A stretch of 64,000 nucleotides of DNA, from assembly GCA_013821455.1 (NCBI GenBank), contig JACDGS010000013.1, positions 16,904-80,903 of the forward strand. The letters are read 5' to 3'. The notes under the pieces were generated by a model. The model did no database searches. It saw only the letters and a list, made by a program, of their open reading frames with translations, and was not told the DNA's origin. Each line of letters opens with the position of its first letter. Position 1 is the first letter of the stretch. The DNA is from Chthoniobacterales bacterium (GTDB lineage Bacteria; Verrucomicrobiota; Verrucomicrobiia; Chthoniobacterales; UBA10450). This document shows, piece by piece, positions 19,388 through 28,600 of the stretch. Position numbers and translations under genes: made by a program.

Positions 19388-20163
19388 CTCAGGCGATGAA
19401 CTTTCCACATCTCGTCAGGCGAAAGCTGCAAACCTTTCGAGCTACGGTCCGGGCCTGTTCTAACTGGCCAGCTATAACTCTGGCGAAGCTCGGCGCGACC
19501 TCGACTTTGGAATTACTACAATTCCGCAGCGGCCTTCAACTTCGACCCATGCCACCCTTACGAAGCACCTGGGGCGAAGTCTTCGAGCCCGCGATCGCCG
19601 ATGTTTACAGGGTGCGCGCTTGCGTCCCTGACCTCATCGTGGATGTAGGCGCAAACATCGGCGCGTTCTCGTGCTTCGCGGCCCACACTCATCCAAAAGC
19701 CTACGTGCATGCCTTTGAACCTTCGATAACTCACGCTGATTTGTTAGCGGAGAATGTCGCCGTAAACCAGTTGCACAACGTAACCCTTCACCGCGCGGCG
19801 GTGACAAAGGATGGCCGGGAAGTAGTCTTTTCGCAGCTCGGCGCGGGGGGAGCGTCGGGGATCATTTTACATGGCAATGGCCCTTCAGCTAAGTTACAGA
19901 GTGTGTCCCTCGACTGCATAGATTTCACTAAGTCGCATACTCTCTTCTTGAAACTTGATTGTGAAGGTGCGGAAGGCGAGATCATCGAGTGGCTGTGCGC
20001 GCACCTTCCCGAGTTACCTTCGACGATCATACTCGCGTGTGAGTATCACGATTGGTGCCCCGTCCCGCGTGAGGAGCTCTTAGTTACGCTACGGTCCCAT
20101 GGCTTCGAAGCCGAACACCGCACGCCCTTCGACGAATCCTATCTCTTCGCCCAGCGGACTTAG
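19384..20163 (+). CDS. FkbM-family methyltransferase
   Basis: IVDVGANIGAFSCFAA and LKLDCEGAEGEI motifs. Confidence 0.8.
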   Translation: MTQAMNFPHLVRRKLQTFRATVRACSNWPAITLAKLGATSTLELLQFRSGLQLRPMPPLRSTWGEVFEPAIADVYRVRACVPDLIVDVGANIGAFSCFAAHTHPKAYVHAFEPSITHADLLAENVAVNQLHNVTLHRAAVTKDGREVVFSQLGAGGASGIILHGNGPSAKLQSVSLDCIDFTKSHTLFLKLDCEGAEGEIIEWLCAHLPELPSTIILACEYHDWCPVPREELLVTLRSHGFEAEHRTPFDESYLFAQRT

Positions 20164-20165
20164 CA

Positions 20166-21028
20166 TGAAAGAATTGGCTACCACCTATCATTCCGGATTT
20201 CTCGAATTCGAGAGATTATCGAAATGTCCTGCCTGCGATCATGCCGATATTCCGACGGCGGTGGAACCGGACATAGCCCGATGTTCGGCCTGTCACCTTT
20301 ACTTTCGCAATCCTCGGCCGACTCAGGAAGAGATCGCGCGCTCTTACGATACGGGCGGGACCTTCGCCGCCTGGCAGGAGGAAGAAACAGCGCGAGCCGC
20401 GATGTGGGAACGGCGTCTTACACTCGTTAGGCGCTACGCTGCAAGGGGACGCCTACTCGATGTTGGCGCCGGAGACGGACGATTCCTTATCAGCGCTAAG
20501 GCGACGGGTTACCAAGTGACGGGAACCGAAGTATCTCGAGCGGGTGTAGACTATGCACGTCAGCGTGGTGTTGATATCCACCTCGGTCAGATCACCGATC
20601 TGCATTTGCCGAAGGTAACTTTCGATTTGGCTACCATCTGGCACGTGCTCGAACACGTTCCTGAGCCAGCCGCGGTCTTACGCGAGGTCTACGGATTGCT
20701 GCGGCCTGGGGGCATCCTCGTGCTGGCTGTACCTAACGAAGATAACTATCTCTTCCAACGACGATTCGGCAAGGCGAAGATTTCGGCTCCTTTTGGGGCA
20801 CTCGAATTTGGTGGTGAAATCCATCTCACCTACTTCCAGCCTTCCACTCTTCGCACCGCGCTTTGCGCGGCAGGTTACGAGTTCGTGAAGATTGGCGTGG
20901 ACGATGCCTACTACATTCGTGACTGGAAGATGCAGGCGAAGCTCATTCTTCAACAATCTTTAGCCTTTGTTCTTAGATGGCATTTTGCAGTAGCGATGTA
21001 TGCGATCGCGCGCCGTCCAAATTCATGA
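20166..21028 (+). CDS. class I SAM-dependent methyltransferase with N-terminal Cys4 zinc ribbon
   Basis: CPACDH...CSACHLYFRNP, then LLDVGAGDGRFL and IWHVLEHVPEP. ATG 20166 (MKELATTYH) lies just after the previous stop. Confidence 0.8.
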
Positions 21029-22449
21029 AAGACTTTTTTAAGAATAAGGCGCGGCGCCTTTACTCATCCGCCGTCGGCTGGTCGCTCGTTTTCACCATTG
21101 TCCGCGCAGGCGGAAACTTGCTTGTGCTACCCTTGATGTTACACAAGTTGAGCCCGGAAGATCTCGGACTTTGGTATGTCTTTCTTTCGTTAGGCGGGAT
21201 GGCTGCCTTAGTCGATTTTGGATTCTATCCCACGATGTCCCGTGTGACAGCGTATCTCTGGGCGGGCGCGGAAGAAATTCTGGGAACGGGTGTGGCGACG
21301 ATACCGCAGGAGGGTGATGCATCGCGCGAGCCGAATTATCGGCTCCTCGCCGACTTGGTTAAGACGATGCGGCTTTATTATCTGGGTATCGGCCTTCTTG
21401 TGACTGTCCTTATGGGTGGCGGCGGCACCTTCTGGATCATGCAAAAGGCGCACCTGCTACCTGACGCCCACGCCGTTCTTTGGGCTTGGTTGCTTTTCCT
21501 CGCGGGCATCTTCGTTAATATCAGCAGTGGCATGTGGCATCCTTTGCTCTCCGGAATCAATGAGGTCCGCTTGAACCAGCAAGTCTTCGTCTGTGGACTT
21601 GTTGTTAACTATGTGACGTCTGCCCTTGGCTTACTCATGGGAGTCGGACTGTTAGCTCCTGTCGCGGGTTATTTCCTCATGGGTCTCATCTCTCGAAATG
21701 GGGCGCGCACATACTTCAACCGACTTACTCGTGCGAAGCAGCACTCCGCCGCGGCGCGTTGGTCGTCTACCTTATTGCGGGGCCTTTGGCCGACGGCTTG
21801 GAGAACCGGTGTTGTTACGTTAGGTATCTACGCAACACTTAGCGTCGGCACACTGATTTGTTCCGCGTTCCTGGGTTTGAAAGCTGCCGCGTCGTATGGT
21901 TTAAGCATGCAGCTGGTCTTCGCCGCGGTGGCCATCGCCACGACCTTCATCCTCGTCAAGATTCCTCTGATCGCGCAAATGCATGTGCTCGGGAGGGAGA
22001 AGGAAATTAGCCGCGTTGTCTTTCCCCGCTTGCGGTGGTATTGGGGCGTCTATACCGGTTTGGCGGCGATGACAGTGCTATTCGGTAATCGAATCCTCCA
22101 GGGACTCCTGCATTCCCAAACGCAGCTACTTCCTAACTCACTTCTTATTGCGGTTTTTGTCGTTGGCGGCCTGGAGGGACATCACGGTATTTTCCGGGAG
22201 TTGGCAGTAACCGCTCACCGTAATCCTTTCGCGGCGCCAGTCGTAATCTCTGGCTTGGCTATCGTTATTCTCAGTTTCCTTATCGTCCCGTACGCTGGTC
22301 TTTGGGCCTTAGTGTTGGTTCCGGGTGTCGTCCAGCTGTCTTTCAACAATTGGTGGATCGTCAAGGTCGGGTTGCGATCGATGGGAGCTTCCGGTTGGGA
22401 CTACGGCAGAGGGTTACTCGGCCGTGGCCGCACGCGACTGTCAGCCTGA
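21025..22449 (+). CDS. polysaccharide flippase-like (Wzx/MOP superfamily) membrane protein
   Basis: ~474 aa from ATG 21025 with more than 10 predicted TM helices, in a glycan-locus context. No sharp motif. Confidence 0.6.
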   Translation: MKDFFKNKARRLYSSAVGWSLVFTIVRAGGNLLVLPLMLHKLSPEDLGLWYVFLSLGGMAALVDFGFYPTMSRVTAYLWAGAEEILGTGVATIPQEGDASREPNYRLLADLVKTMRLYYLGIGLLVTVLMGGGGTFWIMQKAHLLPDAHAVLWAWLLFLAGIFVNISSGMWHPLLSGINEVRLNQQVFVCGLVVNYVTSALGLLMGVGLLAPVAGYFLMGLISRNGARTYFNRLTRAKQHSAAARWSSTLLRGLWPTAWRTGVVTLGIYATLSVGTLICSAFLGLKAAASYGLSMQLVFAAVAIATTFILVKIPLIAQMHVLGREKEISRVVFPRLRWYWGVYTGLAAMTVLFGNRILQGLLHSQTQLLPNSLLIAVFVVGGLEGHHGIFRELAVTAHRNPFAAPVVISGLAIVILSFLIVPYAGLWALVLVPGVVQLSFNNWWIVKVGLRSMGASGWDYGRGLLGRGRTRLSA

Positions 22450-22486
22450 TGTTTTCAATGCGTAACTCGAGACTTACCTACCCGGA

Positions 22487-23332
22487 ATGTTCCGCACCGT
22501 CGGATTAGGAAACCGCTCGCTACTTTTCATGCTTGCTGCCACTAGACGCTTTCTTCCGAAATACCTTTACGCTTTGGCGAGCAGCATATTCCTTTTCACT
22601 GCGGGAGTATTCTACAGTCGGCACCGCTTTCTGATCTTTCAGATCGCAAAGCATTTTGGACTAAAGATGCCGCAAGAGAAAGAGAGCCTCGCAGTTCTCC
22701 CCCTTTCGGAGATCCTTTCTCCTAAGCTCGATCTCACTCTTCTCGAACCCTTGGTCGAAGGAGGTAATGTCAGTATTCTGGAATTAATGGTTATAACTCA
22801 ACTCGCGCAACGAGCTGACCCACCGATTGCCTTTGAAATCGGTACCTTTGACGGGCGTACGACTCTTAACATTGCGGCTAATCTTAAAGCTGATGGCAAT
22901 GTCTATACACTCGATCTGCCCAGGACTGGCCTGGGCGAAACGCAATTCGAACTGGCGCCGGGGGAGGAAGCTTTCGTAGATAAGAAGGAGTCGGGCGCGC
23001 GCTTCGCGGAAACCAACTACGCGCGCAGGATTACTCAGCTCTTTGGCGACTCCGCGACCTTTGACTTCTCACCTTATCAAGGAAAGGCCGGCTTGATCTT
23101 CGTCGATGGCTCTCACGCCTTTGACTACGTCCGCCAGGATAGTGTAAGTGCTCTGCGCCTAGCGGCGGAGAATGCAGTTATCTTATGGCATGACTATCAA
23201 CAGGACTGGCCGGGGGTCATTCGCGCCTTGAACGAGCTTCAACAAAGCAATCCGGCCTGCCGAAGTCTTACGCGAATTGAAGGAACTTCTTTGGTGATGC
23301 TAAAGTGTGAAGACTCTCGTCGTTCGGCTTGA
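22487..23332 (+). CDS. class I SAM-dependent methyltransferase (Methyltransf_24-like) with N-terminal TM
   Basis: IAFEIGTFDGRTTLNIAANL and LIFVDGSHAFDYVRQD...ILWHDY. Confidence 0.55.
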   Translation: MFRTVGLGNRSLLFMLAATRRFLPKYLYALASSIFLFTAGVFYSRHRFLIFQIAKHFGLKMPQEKESLAVLPLSEILSPKLDLTLLEPLVEGGNVSILELMVITQLAQRADPPIAFEIGTFDGRTTLNIAANLKADGNVYTLDLPRTGLGETQFELAPGEEAFVDKKESGARFAETNYARRITQLFGDSATFDFSPYQGKAGLIFVDGSHAFDYVRQDSVSALRLAAENAVILWHDYQQDWPGVIRALNELQQSNPACRSLTRIEGTSLVMLKCEDSRRSA

Positions 23333-24317
23333 CCATTTAGGCGATCTTCTCCTTACAACACCGCTTATTCGCGCGCTTTCGCTGGGCGGGCACACGGTGG
23401 ATGTTCTGGTGCAGGATTCGTTGAAGCCTATCTTCCTAGGTTCGCCCTACGTCGAGCGCTGCATCGGGATCGCGGAAGTCGCTCCAACTTTTCCAACACG
23501 CTGGCTACCCTTGGGAATATGGATGCGCCGCTCGCGCTACGACAATCTTGTCCTGGCCTATGCGCGCGAATCGCGACTTTGTCTTGCCTCCACCTTCTCG
23601 GGCGCGGAGAAGCGGATAGCCATGTGGGCTGGAGTTTGGGGGCGACTAACGGGGCACAGATGTCTTGCCTCCCACATGGTCGATCGTCCGCGGCCAGTCT
23701 CGGAGATACTTCTCGCTTGCTCTCGCGCACTAGGAGCAGCTGACCAAGGACTCAAACCTGACTTATTCCTAACTACAGAAGAACAAGAGCTAGCTCGAAA
23801 CCTCATTCCGGAAAAAATGCGGGCTCGCCGGTTGCTTGGCATCCATCCCGGTTCCGCGGGCAATGCCTGCAACCTACCGACCGAGACTTACGCCGATCTC
23901 GCCGCACTCCTCTTATCTAACACTGACAGCGGACTGATCATCACGGGTACCGAAAACGAGATCAAGTTGCTCCAGAAGTGGCCATCGGAAATTCTCTCTT
24001 CTGATCGGGTTTGGGTTACGATGGGGAAGTTAAGTCTGCGAGAGTTAGGCTCAGTTATCGCCGAGATGAGCGTCTATGTCTGCTCCAGCACGGGACCCTT
24101 GCATGTCGCCAGCGCGGTCGGGACGCCCACGGTCTCTCCGTTTTGCCCGGCTCCTTCGCTCAACGCGACTCTCTGGGGCAACCTTGGCGCGGCTTCGCGA
24201 ATTGTGGAACCGAAGAACTGTCCGCGCATGAATGGCAAGAATGAGACATGTAACTTTTTCGGCCAGATAACAGCCGCGCAGTTAGAAACCCAAGTGCTAG
24301 GCCTTTTAGCTCGCTAG
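23307..24317 (+). CDS. glycosyltransferase family 9 (heptosyltransferase-like)
   Basis: MKTLVVRLDHLGDLLLTTPLIRAL and C-terminal STGPLHVASAVGTPTVSPF. Confidence 0.8.
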   Translation: MKTLVVRLDHLGDLLLTTPLIRALSLGGHTVDVLVQDSLKPIFLGSPYVERCIGIAEVAPTFPTRWLPLGIWMRRSRYDNLVLAYARESRLCLASTFSGAEKRIAMWAGVWGRLTGHRCLASHMVDRPRPVSEILLACSRALGAADQGLKPDLFLTTEEQELARNLIPEKMRARRLLGIHPGSAGNACNLPTETYADLAALLLSNTDSGLIITGTENEIKLLQKWPSEILSSDRVWVTMGKLSLRELGSVIAEMSVYVCSSTGPLHVASAVGTPTVSPFCPAPSLNATLWGNLGAASRIVEPKNCPRMNGKNETCNFFGQITAAQLETQVLGLLAR

Positions 24318-25427
24318 ATTTCGCTCCCACGAATCTCGCACGGCCGCGGTAACTCTGTTTCCTATTTCCACCGGATCGAGCGCGGAAAATACTTCGGCCT
24401 GCTTTGCAGCCGGAACGAACTCGACCTGTGGCGCCAAATCCAGTTCCGTCTCGCAATAGCGGCCTGCTTCAACATGACTAAAGGAAATGTTCCGGATGTA
24501 AGTCACTTGAACGCCGGCCGCGTTCGCCAGGTGTCGCGGCCCTGAATCGGTCGAGAAGACCGAGGTGCAACGCCGCAGGAAAGCAACTAACTCCAGTAAC
24601 TCTAACTTACCGGCCGCCACACGCGCTCTCAGCCCAAATGCATTCTTCAAATCCGTAAGAACGCTCAAATCTTCTGGCGCACCTAAAAGAACAGTTTGGA
24701 TATCTCGTGCACCTTCAACTTGTCGAATAGCCGCTCCAAAGTTCTTTGACGGCCAAACTCCCAGGGACTGACGACTGGTTGCGAAGCAGGCAAGAACTGG
24801 CCGAGTGCCATCTAACTCTAACTCCTCCCACAGTGATTGCGCGCGCTCAACATCGCGATCAATCGTAAACACCTCGGGTCGGAGTGACCAGGTAGGAGTC
24901 AGGCCGGTGAGTTGTGAAACTAAGTCACGAAAGTATGCTGGAAATAGCTGAGGAAAGTTAATGCTTATCTCATGAGTCACGAGCCCCGAAAATCCCTTAT
25001 GAACATAGGCGACTCGATTGGCTAACCCGCGCCGAGATATTTCGAGAAGTTCTCGCCAATACCCTCCCGAGTTATAACAGATCGCGACGTCAAGCGAATC
25101 CAATGCGTCGAGAGAATCAATACACCCGGCAAGAAAAGGATTGTTCGCCAATACCTGACTCGCAGGAGGAGTGACAAAGTAATACCATTTACATTCGGGT
25201 AACCTTTCTGCCAGAAATCTGAGAGAAGCGGTATTGTAAAGGATATCGCCTATATGGGTCGCTCCCATCAATACGCCACGCCGCCAAGACTCGGGCGAGG
25301 ATGCGTTTCGTCGCGCGAAAAGGCTCGCGGCTGACTTTAGCAATGGCGCGCCCAATTCGCTCGTTCGCGCCGCGACCAAATTCCGGCGCCGCCGAATGGA
25401 AGCAGCGTTGATCTTGGACGTCCTCAT
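24306..25427 (-). CDS. glycosyltransferase family 9 (heptosyltransferase-like)
   Basis: GATHIGDILYNTASLRFL and TDSGPRHLANAAGVQVTYI. Confidence 0.7.
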   Translation of the reverse strand: MRTSKINAASIRRRRNLVAARTSELGAPLLKSAASLFARRNASSPESWRRGVLMGATHIGDILYNTASLRFLAERLPECKWYYFVTPPASQVLANNPFLAGCIDSLDALDSLDVAICYNSGGYWRELLEISRRGLANRVAYVHKGFSGLVTHEISINFPQLFPAYFRDLVSQLTGLTPTWSLRPEVFTIDRDVERAQSLWEELELDGTRPVLACFATSRQSLGVWPSKNFGAAIRQVEGARDIQTVLLGAPEDLSVLTDLKNAFGLRARVAAGKLELLELVAFLRRCTSVFSTDSGPRHLANAAGVQVTYIRNISFSHVEAGRYCETELDLAPQVEFVPAAKQAEVFSALDPVEIGNRVTAAVRDSWERNLAS

Positions 25428-25452
25428 GATGGTAGCTGCCGAATAGATTGCC

Positions 25453-27012
25453 TTGAGCGCTTTGGCAATCTATCCTGCACCGATGGCATTCGCTAACCGA
25501 GATCTGATCGGGCCGCGCTTTGGCTTGTGGCTTATCACTGTAACGGGCCTACTGGCCTGCGCAGCTATCGGTGTGACCTTGGCAAACAATGCGGTCGCGA
25601 CAGTTATCCTACTGCTGACCCTGACTATCGTTTTCGCCTGGGTAATTGCGGCCAAGCAACGTTGGTGGCTGCTCGTGCCGGTGTCAGGTGTTCTGGGTGG
25701 CTATTTTTGGTTTGGCTTCAAACTCTACCCGCACGAAGTGGCGCTCGCCGGCAGCCTTATTCCTCTTTGCTTGGGGCGAGCAGTCCGCGCGCGAAATCCG
25801 GTTTCTCATAAGACTCCTTTTCCTAAAGTACTATATCTCCTGAGTATCTATCTGCTGGCACATTGGCTGGGAAGTAACATTTACAACAAGCTCGACAGTG
25901 GCGGCGGCTACGGCAACGTCACCCGTGCTTACTTCAATGCTTATTGGGTAATCATTTTCCTGATTGCCTTTTGGCGCTTTGGTTCCACCAAGTATATCCC
26001 GACCGCACTTTTCTTATGCTATGTTACAGCGGGTGCACGGCTCGTTGTTGGCTTGGTCACTTATTTCACGAACGCTTTCGCCTACATCCCTGTTGTTAAC
26101 TACGTTCTTCCTGGTTCCACCCATGATCGAGGAGCGGATCTACGGTTTTCGGGCCTGACCATGGCTACCCTAGCCGCATGTTACTTTCTAATTCATAGGG
26201 GCTTCGTTCGAAAATCGTTCCACCTTCTTGTTTTCCTCGTTAGCACCGTGGCTCTGCTTTTTGGGTCCGGCCGAACGGTTCTCGTCTTACTCTGCCTTAT
26301 TCCAATCTTTGCTGCTGTTCTTTATCGGAAGGTCGCTCCCCTTTTCGTCACTTCCTTTTTTGTCGGACTGATTCTTATAACCGTTAACGTTGCACCTACC
26401 CTCCTCGAGCCCTTGCCTTCCCGGGTCCAACGCTCCGCCTCCATTCTTCTCTTCTCATCGAACGAGGCTGACAAGTATGGACAGGCCGGTTCCAGCGATG
26501 AGTGGCATGCAAACCTGCGCGCCCTCGGGTTTAAGAAGTGGACTTCATCCTGGCATAACTTCCTTTTTGGGACCGGCATTCGTCCCTACGATAACGCCAT
26601 CAGCCAAACTATCCTGGGTGAAACAACGAACGAAGATTACCAGGAGTCGTCCGCTAAAGTTGGCGCCTACGAGTCGGGCTGGTGGACAGTCATCGCGGTA
26701 ACTGGCCTTACCGGAATCATACTTTATCTGACGGTCCTTCTCTACCTCTTGCGGCGTCTCGTGCCGATCTTATTTCGAGAAAAGGTAAAGGACCATGCGC
26801 ATGCCTTCGCCTTTATGGGTGTCTTTGGGATTGTCATTTGGCTGGGTCTCGGCTGGACTAATGGCGGCTTTCCCAGCACGGAAATCATGTTTGGATTCCT
26901 GGCTCTCCTGGCCTTGGAAGATCGGAAGGAAGCTCGCCGCCAGTCGCTCGCAGCAGAGGTTGAGTCCGGGGTCACGCAGCCACCTAAAATCCTCGCCGCC
27001 GCGGGCCGATGA
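25453..27012 (+). CDS. O-antigen ligase / polymerase-like (Wzy_C-type) membrane protein
   Basis: 519 aa with about 12 TM helices, a large loop after LLFGSGRTVLVLL, and glycan-locus context. Confidence 0.55.
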   Translation: MSALAIYPAPMAFANRDLIGPRFGLWLITVTGLLACAAIGVTLANNAVATVILLLTLTIVFAWVIAAKQRWWLLVPVSGVLGGYFWFGFKLYPHEVALAGSLIPLCLGRAVRARNPVSHKTPFPKVLYLLSIYLLAHWLGSNIYNKLDSGGGYGNVTRAYFNAYWVIIFLIAFWRFGSTKYIPTALFLCYVTAGARLVVGLVTYFTNAFAYIPVVNYVLPGSTHDRGADLRFSGLTMATLAACYFLIHRGFVRKSFHLLVFLVSTVALLFGSGRTVLVLLCLIPIFAAVLYRKVAPLFVTSFFVGLILITVNVAPTLLEPLPSRVQRSASILLFSSNEADKYGQAGSSDEWHANLRALGFKKWTSSWHNFLFGTGIRPYDNAISQTILGETTNEDYQESSAKVGAYESGWWTVIAVTGLTGIILYLTVLLYLLRRLVPILFREKVKDHAHAFAFMGVFGIVIWLGLGWTNGGFPSTEIMFGFLALLALEDRKEARRQSLAAEVESGVTQPPKILAAAGR

Positions 27013-27983
27013 GCTTGGATAGCGGGGAGATCGTTTTCTTTGAACCATGGAGCCTCGGCGATGTTATTATTGCCGCAGCGACACTGCGTGAGTTAGCGGA
27101 GCCGGCTACCTTGGCCTGTCACTCGTCCTGGCACTCACTCTTGCGCGCCACACTTAGGGATATTCTTAACCTAAGTCTCATCGCGGTTGATCTTCCTTAC
27201 ACGACCAGGAAACGCGCCAGCCCGTTCGACTCTCATCCGGAAGCAACTGACAGTCAGGCTTATTCGGCTTCGCGACTACTCAGTATTCGGGGCGATCTCC
27301 GTGACTGGATAGCTGCGCGCAAACTTTTCCCAAAGGCGAAGATCAGGATGACTGGGTGGGCGCGTTTTTTTGGGCGTAAGAGTGCGATGGTGAACTTTCC
27401 TTATCGAATCGGCTTGCTTCCGGTTACTAATCGCTATCGCTCGTGGGCGAGACTAGCTGGCGTTGATTACGCAAAAATTGCGGCTACCTATCGCCAAAGG
27501 CAGATGGAGTTACTAATTAGTAACAGCGTTGTTATTCACGTCGGCGCGCAGTGGCGCTCGAAACAGTTTCCGGAGGTGGCAGCATTGCGAGATATGTTAC
27601 AGTCACATCGTTATACCGTCAGGATTGTAGCTGGTCCTGGAGATCCGCTTCCGCCTGGCCTGGAAGAGAAAGATATCTCACGAGCCGCGGACGCCGTTCT
27701 TGTCGAAGCACTGCTGTCTGCCGGCTATGTTATAACAAACGATTCCGGCCCCATGCATCTCGCCGCTTATCTTGGGTGCCGCACTACCGCCGTAGTCAGG
27801 ACATCGCCAATTGAAGAATGGATTCCTCCCGCGACGACTATTGTTCGATCACCATTAACGCCGCGTGGTTATCGTCCAAATCGCCGCTATATGTCGGATG
27901 AGATTTTAACTGGCTGGCCGCGAATCGAGGAAGTAATCCGGACAATGGAAACGAAAGGGTTCTCACCAGAAGTAACAGAATGA
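27009..27983 (+). CDS. glycosyltransferase family 9-like
   Basis: FEPWSLGDVIIAAATLREL and TNDSGPMHLAAYLGCRTTAV. Confidence 0.6.
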   Translation: MSLDSGEIVFFEPWSLGDVIIAAATLRELAEPATLACHSSWHSLLRATLRDILNLSLIAVDLPYTTRKRASPFDSHPEATDSQAYSASRLLSIRGDLRDWIAARKLFPKAKIRMTGWARFFGRKSAMVNFPYRIGLLPVTNRYRSWARLAGVDYAKIAATYRQRQMELLISNSVVIHVGAQWRSKQFPEVAALRDMLQSHRYTVRIVAGPGDPLPPGLEEKDISRAADAVLVEALLSAGYVITNDSGPMHLAAYLGCRTTAVVRTSPIEEWIPPATTIVRSPLTPRGYRPNRRYMSDEILTGWPRIEEVIRTMETKGFSPEVTE

Positions 27984-28600
27984 AAGGTTTGCTCGCGCAC
28001 CTGCATGCTCCGATTTACCAGACTCGGCTGCGGGTTCTTACTGAGTTAATCCTTCCTTATCTTCACGAAGGCGACTCGATCCTCGACGTAGGTTGTGGAA
28101 ACGGGACTTTAGGCGCCAAGTTAGCTTCCGCGGCGGCGGGAAAAGGTCTTAGCGTTAAGGTAAGCGGTCTCGAGCGCTTCCCACGCGGTGGAGAACCAAT
28201 CCCGGTGTCGAGTTACAGCGGCGGTCGCTTCCCATTCGACGATCGCACCTTCGATGTCGTGATTTTAGCGGATGTACTGCATCACGAACTCGACCCGGAT
28301 GCTCTTCTGCGCGAATGCGCCCGCGTGGGCCGCCGCTATCTTGTGATCAAGGATCATCAGTTAGCCGGACCGCTCGCGAAAGCCCGCGTGAGCTTGATCG
28401 ACTGGGCTGCGAACGCGCCGTATGGAGTGAAGTGCCTTTACCGTTACAACAGGCCGGCGGAGTGGAATGCTATTCTCCACGACCTTAGCCTAACGACTGA
28501 AGGTCTCTATAGCTCTATTGACCTCTATCCACCCTTTTTCAACCTGCTTTTCGGTCGAAAATTACAGTATCTTGCGATTTGTCGAATACCTGAGAGTTAG
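27980..28600 (+). CDS. class I SAM-dependent methyltransferase
   Basis: ILDVGCGNGTLGAKL and FDVVILADVLHH. Confidence 0.75.
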   Translation: MKGLLAHLHAPIYQTRLRVLTELILPYLHEGDSILDVGCGNGTLGAKLASAAAGKGLSVKVSGLERFPRGGEPIPVSSYSGGRFPFDDRTFDVVILADVLHHELDPDALLRECARVGRRYLVIKDHQLAGPLAKARVSLIDWAANAPYGVKCLYRYNRPAEWNAILHDLSLTTEGLYSSIDLYPPFFNLLFGRKLQYLAICRIPES

